Below, piece by piece: positions 17,459 through 26,252 of a stretch of DNA of 64,000 bases. The position numbers and the translations under genes were made by a program. Source of the stretch: an uncultured Prevotellaceae bacterium (GTDB taxonomy: Bacteria; Bacteroidota; Bacteroidia; Bacteroidales; Bacteroidaceae); the NCBI GenBank assembly GCA_900316505.1, contig ONDH01000005.1:48053-112052 (forward strand), written 5' to 3'. The notes beneath the pieces were generated by a model, which was given only the letters and a program-made list of their open reading frames with translations, did no database searches and was not told the origin of the DNA. Position 1 is the stretch's first letter. The number at the start of each line of letters is the position of its first letter.

Positions 17459-19117
17459 TTAGAACTGGAAATAAATGAAAGGCTGCACATCGCTGGATTT
17501 GATTTGAATGACAATCCAAACGAGAATGACAATGAGGAGTGCCTTAACCACCAGCGGGCAACGAGTCACAAAATCTTTTGCTTTGACAGAGAGGGACTCT
17601 GGCATGAAGTGGAGCACATAACCCACCAACATAAGAAGAGCGACTGCCTTGTAGGAAGTACACCACTGAAGGAAAATCTGTGGTTCGAACTTATAGAATA
17701 TCTGGTGGAACACTTGTTCAGCAATGCCAAATGAGGAGGCACGGAATAGCACCCAACAGGCAGCTACAAGGTGGAAGGTGATAATTCCACCCACTAGTAC
17801 CACAAACCAGTTCTTGGTCGGATTGGGATTGTGCTTGCTCGGCAAATAGGTCAACGGGCTGAGCACCTTGCAGACGGAATGCCACATCTTGTCAAGACAT
17901 AGGAGCACACCGTGAATGCCACCCCACAAGATAAAGTTGAGGGAAGCGCCATGCCAAAGACCACCCAAGAGCATCGTCATCAGCAAGTTGAAATATTGAC
18001 GGATTTTACCGTGCCTATTACCCCCAAGAGAGATATAAAGATAGTCTTTGAGCCATGAGGAAAGACTGATATGCCAACGACGCCAAAACTCAGTGATGGA
18101 GGCTGACTTGTATGGGCTGTCGAAGTTCTTAGGGAATTGGAATCCAAGCAAGAGGGCAATACCTATTGCCATGTCAGAGTAACCAGAGAAGTCGCAGTAA
18201 ATCTGGAGTGTGTAGCCATAGACGGCGAGGAGGTTTTCGAGTCCGCTGTAGAGGTCTGGCTGGTCAAATATACGTTCCACAAAGTTGATGGAGATATAAT
18301 CGCTGATGACGGCTTTCTTGAAGAGTCCGGCAATAATCAGGAAAATGCCCGTTCCGAGCATTTGGTCGGAGACGAAAAGTGGACGGCGAATCTGCGGGAT
18401 AAAATCACGGGCACGCACAATAGGACCCGCCACCAACTGGGGGAAGAAACTCACGTAGAATGCATAGTCAAGCAAACGGTTGAGGGGTTTGATGTTGCCT
18501 CTATACACATCGATGGTGTAACTCAGCGATTGGAACGTAAAGAAAGAGATGCCGACAGGCAGAAAGATGTCGCGTGGCTGCCACGTCACACCTAAGAGAT
18601 AGGAACCACTGATGGCAGAGGGTATCTGGATGCCCCAATTCGTCAACAAGGTGCAAATTGTTTCTCCAAGGAAATTGGTGTATTTGAAAAACACGAGCAA
18701 TCCAAGATCAAGCACCAAGGAAAGAGCAACAAGGGTCTTTTTAAAATGAGGAATGAGGAATGAGGAATGAGGAATGGAATGTTCTGCAGTTGAGGGAGTA
18801 TCAATTCCTAATTGGCTACGCCGAGCTAAAGGTTCCTCATTCCTCATTCCTAATTCTCCTATCGCCTTTGCGATGAAGTAATCTGAAATGGTGACCAATG
18901 CCAGAAGCCAGAAAAAGAGACCGCTGGACTTGTAATAGAAGTAGTAGGAAAAGAGGGTGACAAAAAGAATGCGCAGGGTATCTGCCTTGCCCAGCAGATT
19001 ATAGATAAGCGTGAAGGCAAGAAACAAGAACAAGAAGATGCCCGACGAGAATATCATCGGAGAGTCGGGCTGATAGAGCAATTGTTCTATAAGACGTGAA
19101 AAATCAATGTCAAACAT
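17459..19117 (-). CDS. MBOAT-family O-acyltransferase (AlgI/DltB/PatA-like)
   Basis: Polytopic protein with MBOAT signature regions WRRWHISLSSWLKDYLYISLGGNR and LWHGASLNFILWGGIHG. Confidence 0.85.
   Translation of the reverse strand: MFDIDFSRLIEQLLYQPDSPMIFSSGIFLFLFLAFTLIYNLLGKADTLRILFVTLFSYYFYYKSSGLFFWLLALVTISDYFIAKAIGELGMRNEEPLARRSQLGIDTPSTAEHSIPHSSFLIPHFKKTLVALSLVLDLGLLVFFKYTNFLGETICTLLTNWGIQIPSAISGSYLLGVTWQPRDIFLPVGISFFTFQSLSYTIDVYRGNIKPLNRLLDYAFYVSFFPQLVAGPIVRARDFIPQIRRPLFVSDQMLGTGIFLIIAGLFKKAVISDYISINFVERIFDQPDLYSGLENLLAVYGYTLQIYCDFSGYSDMAIGIALLLGFQFPKNFDSPYKSASITEFWRRWHISLSSWLKDYLYISLGGNRHGKIRQYFNLLMTMLLGGLWHGASLNFILWGGIHGVLLCLDKMWHSVCKVLSPLTYLPSKHNPNPTKNWFVVLVGGIITFHLVAACWVLFRASSFGIAEQVFHQIFYKFEPQIFLQWCTSYKAVALLMLVGYVLHFMPESLSVKAKDFVTRCPLVVKALLIVILVWIVIQIKSSDVQPFIYFQF
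18745..18855. repeat. Palindromic heptamer-repeat element embedded in frame in the MBOAT gene
   Basis: Left arm aatgagg x4 (+aatggaa) at 18745-18779. Right arm cctcatt cctcatt cctaatt at 18835-18855. It encodes ...GMRNEEPLARRSQLGIDTPSTAEHSIPHSSFLIPHF.... Confidence 0.85.
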
Positions 19118-19123
19118 TTTTTC

Positions 19124-20062
19124 CTAAAATCCTTTTACCGTTTTGTAAGGTTTTTGTTCCTTGGGGGTAGAGCCGTGCATCATGCGCGTCTGGCTACCAG
19201 AGACAGCTGTGCCCAGATAAGCCTTGTAGATGGCCTCACCGAGCAGTTTGCCCTGCAAAGTGTAACCTGCAGCAAGGTAGTGAATACAATCAGTGTTCAT
19301 CAATCCAGCATTGCGCCAGTTGGTGAAGGCAGAAGACGAACCTCCTGCAATGGTGAAGATGTCCCAAACCGCCATATGGTGACTGCGACAGAAGTTGACA
19401 ATGCTGCGCGCCACATTGGCAGTATTCATGTTGGGCACTTTTGTAGTGTTATAGTGTGTACGGCGACGACGCCCCACACCTGTAGTGTAACTGCCCGTAC
19501 GCTGGGAGATATAACTGCCTGGTGGTGTGGTGAACAGGAAACACACACCCGGACATCTCTCGTTGATGCGGTCGGTGAGGGTCTTCATCGTCTCAGCATG
19601 TACACGCTCATCAATCGTGTTGCCGTGTGCCTCGTTGGTGCCAAAAGACACAATGACCAAATCAGGACGTTCTGCCGCCACACGGTTTATCATATCCTGC
19701 TCATAGAACCTGCGTGCCCATGCACCATTCATGCCATAGTAAGTGAATTCCATCTGAGGGAAATACTTCTCCAATGTGCTTCCTAACGTACGAGGAAGGA
19801 TGTTTCCCTTCACGTGCGAGTCACCTATCTGCATCACCTTGACAGTTTTATGCTGATGTATCTTCTTGAACATTGGTGCCAAGGCAGCACCGTCAATAAG
19901 CTCGTTGGTGCGGGTGTTACGGAAAGTGGACGGGAACGGTGTGGTAAGAGACTGAGCATGGGCTTCGTCTCCACCAAATGAGACGAAGAGCAGTGTCCAA
20001 AGCACCCACCCGATGATATGTCTAAACTTACCGTACACGATTATCGTAATTACTCTTACCAT
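19124..20062 (-). CDS. SGNH/GDSL-family hydrolase (putative O-acetyl-transfer partner of the MBOAT)
   Basis: Signal peptide, block I GDSH (MQIGDSHVKG), GTNEA, and block V DCIHY. Confidence 0.7.
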   Translation of the reverse strand: MVRVITIIVYGKFRHIIGWVLWTLLFVSFGGDEAHAQSLTTPFPSTFRNTRTNELIDGAALAPMFKKIHQHKTVKVMQIGDSHVKGNILPRTLGSTLEKYFPQMEFTYYGMNGAWARRFYEQDMINRVAAERPDLVIVSFGTNEAHGNTIDERVHAETMKTLTDRINERCPGVCFLFTTPPGSYISQRTGSYTTGVGRRRRTHYNTTKVPNMNTANVARSIVNFCRSHHMAVWDIFTIAGGSSSAFTNWRNAGLMNTDCIHYLAAGYTLQGKLLGEAIYKAYLGTAVSGSQTRMMHGSTPKEQKPYKTVKGF

Positions 20063-21545
20063 TCATCAACACATCGAACATGAGTTCCGCCAAATGGCGC
20101 CCTCCTGCAAAATTGATGTGCGTATAGTCAAGGTTTGCCTGTTTCTTTTCAGTCATTTTCGCCAGACTTCCATCACCACCCATGGCTTCATAAAGGTTCC
20201 AGAATGCCACATGGTGGTCACTTGCCATCTTTCGCTCATAGGACACCATCTCCTTCACACCACCCATCGTGTGCATCTGTCCGTCAGGACCGCGTTTGTC
20301 ACGGTCACCCATGCTGACCACAAGGATGCTGGCATGTGGATAGGCTTGCTTCATCATATCGATGACCTTACCGAGCTGACCTGTGTAGCCACCATAATCT
20401 TTCTGCTTCTCATTCGCCACATTGAGACCATAATGAAGGATAATCAAGTCATAGGGACGGACAGAGGCAAAACTGCGGAGGGTTTCAGCAGGAATACCTC
20501 CAAGATGCTGGCCTCCACTGCCTCGCAAGCTGAAATTGTCCACAGCAATTCCATGATGGCCATCCAGTGCCACACCATAGAAGCGTGAACCATGTCCTCC
20601 CGTCACTTTCATGTTGAAGCGGTTGATATTTCCACTCACACTCTTTGCCACCACATTACCCGCTCCTTGCTGAGCCGTCTCGACAGTGCGTGTGACAGTC
20701 TTATAACTGACGGTAGAGTCAGAGTCCATCACCTCAACCATCTCGTCGTATGTCTGGGGAGCACTTGCCGTACCATTGGAAAAGAGTGTCTGACTTTCGC
20801 CACCATTGAAAGAATAATCAATGTTGAGTCCACTGCCGGGCGTGAAGAAAACAGTAGCCTCATCCACTTCTCCTAAAAGATTACCATACACATTCGTCTG
20901 ACAGCGCAATTCGTAGGTAGCCGTACCTGAAGGGATGAAGTAGCTGCCAGCCATACTCTGCAGGCTGGCTTTAAAGCCGCGTCCTCTCTCATTGGCATGA
21001 TAACGACTCCAGTTGCTGCGACGGGAAGTCACAGAACGACGGAAATCAGAGGACACGCACGCAATCTCCACGAAACCAACACCTTTGCCACCAAACTTCT
21101 GTTGCAGCAAACCACGCAAATCCATCGTAAGGATATCTCCTTCTATGTAGGAATCGCCGAAATATGCCACACGAACGGGGCGATTGTGTGCCTCACCCAA
21201 AGCAGCATAGAACTTATCCATCTCACGGTGCAAGCCATCAGCAGCAAAGTCTTCTATTGCCACCATGCCTTTCGGCACCGTATCCACATAAGCAAGCTGC
21301 TTCACGCGGATGGCTGCTGAATCAACGCCCTTCTCTACATAACCGTCCAAGGAATCTGCCACCACTTCAGCTACGATATTGCCGTCCTTGTCACGGTGCT
21401 GAACATCACTCAAGATGTTCACACGGCGCAAATCGTTACCGAATAGATTCATGCGGGGCAGATAGAAAAGCCCTATCAGCACTGCAACGACGACGAGCAC
21501 CAAAAAGAATGTCTGCCAAACCTTATTTTTCTTCTCTGTTTTCAT
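20028..21545 (-). CDS. SGNH/GDSL-like protein with an N-terminal membrane anchor
   Basis: N-terminal TM helix, YFGDSYIEGD and DYTHI motifs. It overlaps the downstream SGNH gene by 35 nt. Confidence 0.65.
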   Translation of the reverse strand: MKTEKKNKVWQTFFLVLVVVAVLIGLFYLPRMNLFGNDLRRVNILSDVQHRDKDGNIVAEVVADSLDGYVEKGVDSAAIRVKQLAYVDTVPKGMVAIEDFAADGLHREMDKFYAALGEAHNRPVRVAYFGDSYIEGDILTMDLRGLLQQKFGGKGVGFVEIACVSSDFRRSVTSRRSNWSRYHANERGRGFKASLQSMAGSYFIPSGTATYELRCQTNVYGNLLGEVDEATVFFTPGSGLNIDYSFNGGESQTLFSNGTASAPQTYDEMVEVMDSDSTVSYKTVTRTVETAQQGAGNVVAKSVSGNINRFNMKVTGGHGSRFYGVALDGHHGIAVDNFSLRGSGGQHLGGIPAETLRSFASVRPYDLIILHYGLNVANEKQKDYGGYTGQLGKVIDMMKQAYPHASILVVSMGDRDKRGPDGQMHTMGGVKEMVSYERKMASDHHVAFWNLYEAMGGDGSLAKMTEKKQANLDYTHINFAGGRHLAELMFDVLMNGKSNYDNRVR

Positions 21546-23601
21546 AATCCTCTCCCAATTCTGGATAAGAAATACGGGTATGATATATCGTCTTCAACTT
21601 ATCTTTCAACACCATCTTTGCTGTGGCAATGTCTTTGAATGTGATGGAACATTCGCTGAAGAAACCTTCTGCCACCTGATTATCTATGATTTTATCCACC
21701 AACTGATTGATGCTGTCTTCCGTATATTCTGGCAAAGAGCGGGAAGCAGCCTCAACTGCATCGCACATCATCAGGATTGCCTCCTCCTTCGTGCTCGGGT
21801 TGGGACCTGGATAGGAGAATACTTTCTCATCAATCTTCTCATCCGGGTGCTCATTTTTATAAGTGATATAGAAATACTTAGCCTTTCCTAGTCCATGATG
21901 GGTGGTGATAAAGCGTTTAATGGAATCTGGAATATGATTCTTGTCAGCAAGCGCCACGCCATTCTTCACATGGGCGATAATAACTTCTGCACTCTTCAAT
22001 GGAGTAAGATGCTTATGAGGTGAAACACCATTCTGGTTCTCCGTAAAGAAAGCGGGACGTTCCATCTTGCCTATATCATGGTAAAGGGCACCTGTACGCA
22101 CCAACTGCGCCTTACCGCCTATCTTATTCGCCACCTCGGCACTCAGATTCGCCACCTGCATGGAGTGCTGGAACGTACCAGGAGCCACCTCCGTCATACG
22201 TTGCAAGAGCGGATTGTGCACATTACTGAGTTCTACAAGTGTCACATCGCTGGTGAAGCCAAACATCTTCTCCAACATCCAAAGGAGCGGATAAGTGAAG
22301 AGCAACAACACACAATTAACAGTGAAACATACATACATCCATGTATCCATCTTGATGTCATTCTCATGATGGAGAGAATAACCCGTATAGAATATCACAT
22401 ACACCAAGAAGAGGATGAACGCCGTACGCACAATCTGTGAACGCTGTGACAGCTCACGCAGCGTCTGTATCGCCACCATACCAGCCACCAACTGCACAAT
22501 GATAAATTCATAATTGTTGGTCAACATCATGGAGATGATGAGCACCATGCCGCAGTGGAACATGAAGGCAGTACGTGAATCCATAAACACACGGATCACA
22601 ATCGGCACCAAACAGCACGGCAGCATGAACACATTCAGAATCTTATGCGACACCATCAGCGAAGCGACGACACAGAAAAACACGGGCAAGGCAAAGAGCA
22701 ACGTCACATTTCTCACATTCTCGAAATAGTCAACACGGAACAAGGACAAATACGTAATCAGCGACACAAAAATCACCAACACAAAGATGGTTTGTCCTAT
22801 CGACCTATAAGGTATCTTCGTTTCGATGGTGTTACGACGTTCATAATCCTTCTCATAAGAGCGCAGAATGTCATACACCTCATCCGTCACAGTCTCACCG
22901 CGGTCAACAATCTTCTGACCTGCCTGCACAAAACCATTATAACTGGAAATGTTCTGCAAATTCTCATCCAACTCCGTCTCCGACTTCAGTTTGTCATACG
23001 TCAGGTTCTGCTGGATAAGTTCATTGATATTAAATTGACGAAGCACCAAGCTGGAATACTGAGAGGCGTCCTCCGTGATGATATAATCATAAGCAGAACG
23101 AAGAGAGAACACGCGGCTCAGCGGAACCGACTCTGCCTCGTTGTCCTTCACAATGCGAATGCTCTTGTGATGCTCATCATCTTTCATCCGTGCATAATCC
23201 TCTCCCGACAGCACACCGCGCTTATATATCGTGTCCAACAATGCAGCGATATGGTGTACATAGACGGTGGAGTTCTCTCCCTGCCACTCCATCGCTGCCT
23301 CATTATACAACCTGTTCATCATCGTATCCCTCACAACCTTGTTGTAGTTGTAATAAGGTTGGAAATCACGCATGGTAGTTTCCTTCTCCTGATGAATCAA
23401 CGAGTCATTCTTCAGGATTGGAAACTTCGTGTTGGCTATCAGCAAGCCATAATTCCAAGGTCTGTTCAGCTCATACTTATAGCCAAATTCATCACCACGA
23501 GGCATGAAATAGACAATCAATGCCGTCGATACGACCACCAAAATCGCCTTCATGAAGAAACGAGTCAGATTGGTGCGTTTTTTCTGCTTGATGGTTTTCA
23601 T
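21523..23601 (-). CDS. 7TM-receptor-with-HD-domain phosphohydrolase (HDIG, PgpH-like)
   Basis: Extracytoplasmic N-domain, 7 TM segments, and an HD domain (HSMQVANL...LYHDIGK...THHG). Confidence 0.85.
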   Translation of the reverse strand: MKTIKQKKRTNLTRFFMKAILVVVSTALIVYFMPRGDEFGYKYELNRPWNYGLLIANTKFPILKNDSLIHQEKETTMRDFQPYYNYNKVVRDTMMNRLYNEAAMEWQGENSTVYVHHIAALLDTIYKRGVLSGEDYARMKDDEHHKSIRIVKDNEAESVPLSRVFSLRSAYDYIITEDASQYSSLVLRQFNINELIQQNLTYDKLKSETELDENLQNISSYNGFVQAGQKIVDRGETVTDEVYDILRSYEKDYERRNTIETKIPYRSIGQTIFVLVIFVSLITYLSLFRVDYFENVRNVTLLFALPVFFCVVASLMVSHKILNVFMLPCCLVPIVIRVFMDSRTAFMFHCGMVLIISMMLTNNYEFIIVQLVAGMVAIQTLRELSQRSQIVRTAFILFLVYVIFYTGYSLHHENDIKMDTWMYVCFTVNCVLLLFTYPLLWMLEKMFGFTSDVTLVELSNVHNPLLQRMTEVAPGTFQHSMQVANLSAEVANKIGGKAQLVRTGALYHDIGKMERPAFFTENQNGVSPHKHLTPLKSAEVIIAHVKNGVALADKNHIPDSIKRFITTHHGLGKAKYFYITYKNEHPDEKIDEKVFSYPGPNPSTKEEAILMMCDAVEAASRSLPEYTEDSINQLVDKIIDNQVAEGFFSECSITFKDIATAKMVLKDKLKTIYHTRISYPELGEDYENREEK

Positions 23602-23663
23602 TTTCTTTGGAATTTATGAATACGATAATGAATGCTATCTGTACAACGCCTCTTCCAGCGTCA

Positions 23664-24965
23664 TCACTCTGCCATCAGGAACTGCTTGAAATCGGCAAAA
23701 TCCTTCGACATCGGAACGCTCTGTTTCGTACCCTTCATAAAGGCTTGCAGTTTGGCAGGTATCTCTATGTCACCACCGAGAATGCGGTCAACTGTATCCT
23801 TAAACTTGGCAGGATGTGCAGTCTCCAAGAAAACACCCACCTCACCTTCTTTCAGTCCTTCCTTCAAAGCGCGGTAGCCACAAGCACCATGTGGATCACA
23901 TACATAACCCGTCTCAGCCTTCACCTCCTTGATGGTCTCGGCAATCTGTTCGTCTGTGTAAGTTGCGCCACTGATGTCAGCACAGATGGCGTTGTGGTTT
24001 TTGCCATAGAGTTCATACACACGGGCAAAATTGCTGGGGTCACCCACATCCATCGCATTGGCAATGGTCTGCACCGATGCTTTCGGCTCATACTTTCCTG
24101 TCTGCAGATACTTGAAGAACACATCATTGGCATTGTTGGCTGCAATGAAACGCTTCACGGGCAGTCCCATCCTCTTGCCAAAGAGTGCCGAACAAATATT
24201 ACCAAAATTACCAGAAGGCACACAAACCACGAATTGGTTGGCCAATCCCTTCTTCTTCATCTGAGCATACGCATAGAAGTAGTAGAATGCCTGAGGAAGG
24301 AAACGTGCAACATTGATGGAGTTAGCTGATGTCAACTGCATGTGCTCATTCAGTTCCTTGTCGATAAAGGCATTCTTCACCAGAGCTTGGCAATCGTCAA
24401 ACACGCCATCCACTTCCACTGCCGTGATGTTCTGTCCCAGCGTCGTGAACTGGCATTCCTGAATAGGACTTACTTTCCCTTTCGGATAGAGCACATACAC
24501 ATGGATGCCATCCACACCGAGGAAACCGTTTGCCACTGCGCTGCCCGTGTCACCTGATGTTGCCACCAGCACGTTCACCTGTCCTGCTCCCTCTTTCTTG
24601 AGGAAGTACTGCAGCAATCGAGCCATGAACCTTGCACCCACATCCTTGAATGCCAATGTTGGGCCATGAAAAAGCTCCAGAGAATAGATAGTGTCCGTCA
24701 CTTTCACACAAGGGCAATCAAATGCCAACGTGTCATAAACGATACGTTTCAAGTCCTCAGCAGGCACATCCTCTCCGAAGAAGGCATCTGCCACCTTGTA
24801 TGCGATTTCCTGAAAAGAAAGGTTCTCTATATTGTCAAAAAACTCTTTAGGTAGGGGCTTGATGCGCTCTGGCATATAAAGTCCTTTGTCCTCTGCGAGT
24901 CCTTTCACCACCGCCTTTTCCAATGTAGCGATAGGTGCTTGTCCGTTTGTACTGTAAAATTGCAT
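23664..24965 (-). CDS. thrC: Threonine synthase
   Basis: PLP-lysine region GPTLAFKDVG and overall ThrC sequence character. It is the last gene of the thr operon. Confidence 0.9.
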   Translation of the reverse strand: MQFYSTNGQAPIATLEKAVVKGLAEDKGLYMPERIKPLPKEFFDNIENLSFQEIAYKVADAFFGEDVPAEDLKRIVYDTLAFDCPCVKVTDTIYSLELFHGPTLAFKDVGARFMARLLQYFLKKEGAGQVNVLVATSGDTGSAVANGFLGVDGIHVYVLYPKGKVSPIQECQFTTLGQNITAVEVDGVFDDCQALVKNAFIDKELNEHMQLTSANSINVARFLPQAFYYFYAYAQMKKKGLANQFVVCVPSGNFGNICSALFGKRMGLPVKRFIAANNANDVFFKYLQTGKYEPKASVQTIANAMDVGDPSNFARVYELYGKNHNAICADISGATYTDEQIAETIKEVKAETGYVCDPHGACGYRALKEGLKEGEVGVFLETAHPAKFKDTVDRILGGDIEIPAKLQAFMKGTKQSVPMSKDFADFKQFLMAE

Positions 24966-24994
24966 TTTATTTCTTTACGATTAATCATTCAAAC

Positions 24995-26224
24995 TTATTC
25001 GACAGACATCAAAGCCTTGATGAATCCGTCCTTTTCCAACTGTCCATAACTACCTTGCTTGCATGCCACCTCGTCAAACGTCTCCACCTTGTCTGCCTCC
25101 ATGCCCGGGGCATAAATGAGGAAGGGGATGGGTTCGTTCGTATGAGTGCGATGTGCCACAGGGGTTGGATGGTCAGGCAACACAGCGATAGCAACATTCT
25201 CATTCTTCACCGCCTCATAAATAGGCTTCACAATGCGGCTATCCAGATATTCGATAGTCTTCAGTTTCAGTTCCAAATCACCGTCATGTCCAGCCTCATC
25301 CGAAGCCTCCACATGCACATAGACGAAATCGTCTGTCTGCAGTGCCTCGATAGCTGCCTGAGCCTTACCCTCATAGTTTGTGTCTGCCAATCCAGTAGCA
25401 CCTGGCACATCAATCACCCTCAAGCCAGCCAAAGTGCCTATGCCACGAATCAAATCAACAGCAGTAATCACCGCACCTCGCTTGATTTGCGGGAAAGTCT
25501 CTGTAAGTGGCACCATGTGGGGGCGGTACCCTCCTGCCCATGGCCAGATACTGTTTGCCTGACGTTCACCACGCTTTGCCTTCTCCACATTGTAGGGATG
25601 CTTGGCAAGCAGCTCCTGCGAACGAAGTATCAGGTCATTGAGCAAGTCTGCCGTTTCCTGAGCAGTCATCTCGTTGTCTTTGGGTGCATCAGCCTGAGCT
25701 GTCACAAGCAGCGGACGCCAAGGTTCGCCGGGATGGTCGTGTGGCGGTTGGCACACCACATGCTTGTTACCACCTTTAATAACCAACAAATGACGATACT
25801 GCACACCACAATAGAACCGCACCCTATCATTGGCAAGATGCTCGTTGAGGTAGTCAATCAGCACTGCGCCATCCTCCGTTTGGAGGTTGCCACCATTGTG
25901 TGTGACGATGTTTCCGTCCTCCAACGTGATGATGTTGCAACGAATCGCCATATCGTCGGGAGCCAAGTCCACACCGATGCTGGCGGCCTCCAATGGGCCA
26001 CGGCCCTCATACACCTCATTCTGGTCATAACCGAGAATGCTGCTGTTCGCCACCTCGCTGCCAGGATGAAAACCATCCTGCACCGTCTTCAGCATGCCGC
26101 AACGTCCCATTTTTGCCAACTTATCCATATAGGGAATGTTGGCATATTGCAGCAACGTCTTATTTCCCAGCGACTCCACAGGCCAGTCAGCCATTCCGTC
26201 GCCCAATATGATGATATGCTTCAT
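24995..26224 (-). CDS. Cofactor-independent phosphoglycerate-mutase-like protein (ApgM family), probably the homoserine kinase of this operon
   Basis: Alkaline-phosphatase-superfamily motifs (IILGDGMAD, EASDEAGHDGD). It lies between thrA and thrC, where thrB would be expected. Confidence 0.8.
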   Translation of the reverse strand: MKHIIILGDGMADWPVESLGNKTLLQYANIPYMDKLAKMGRCGMLKTVQDGFHPGSEVANSSILGYDQNEVYEGRGPLEAASIGVDLAPDDMAIRCNIITLEDGNIVTHNGGNLQTEDGAVLIDYLNEHLANDRVRFYCGVQYRHLLVIKGGNKHVVCQPPHDHPGEPWRPLLVTAQADAPKDNEMTAQETADLLNDLILRSQELLAKHPYNVEKAKRGERQANSIWPWAGGYRPHMVPLTETFPQIKRGAVITAVDLIRGIGTLAGLRVIDVPGATGLADTNYEGKAQAAIEALQTDDFVYVHVEASDEAGHDGDLELKLKTIEYLDSRIVKPIYEAVKNENVAIAVLPDHPTPVAHRTHTNEPIPFLIYAPGMEADKVETFDEVACKQGSYGQLEKDGFIKALMSVE

Positions 26225-26252
26225 ATTCTTAACTCCTTAACTCCTATAGCTT

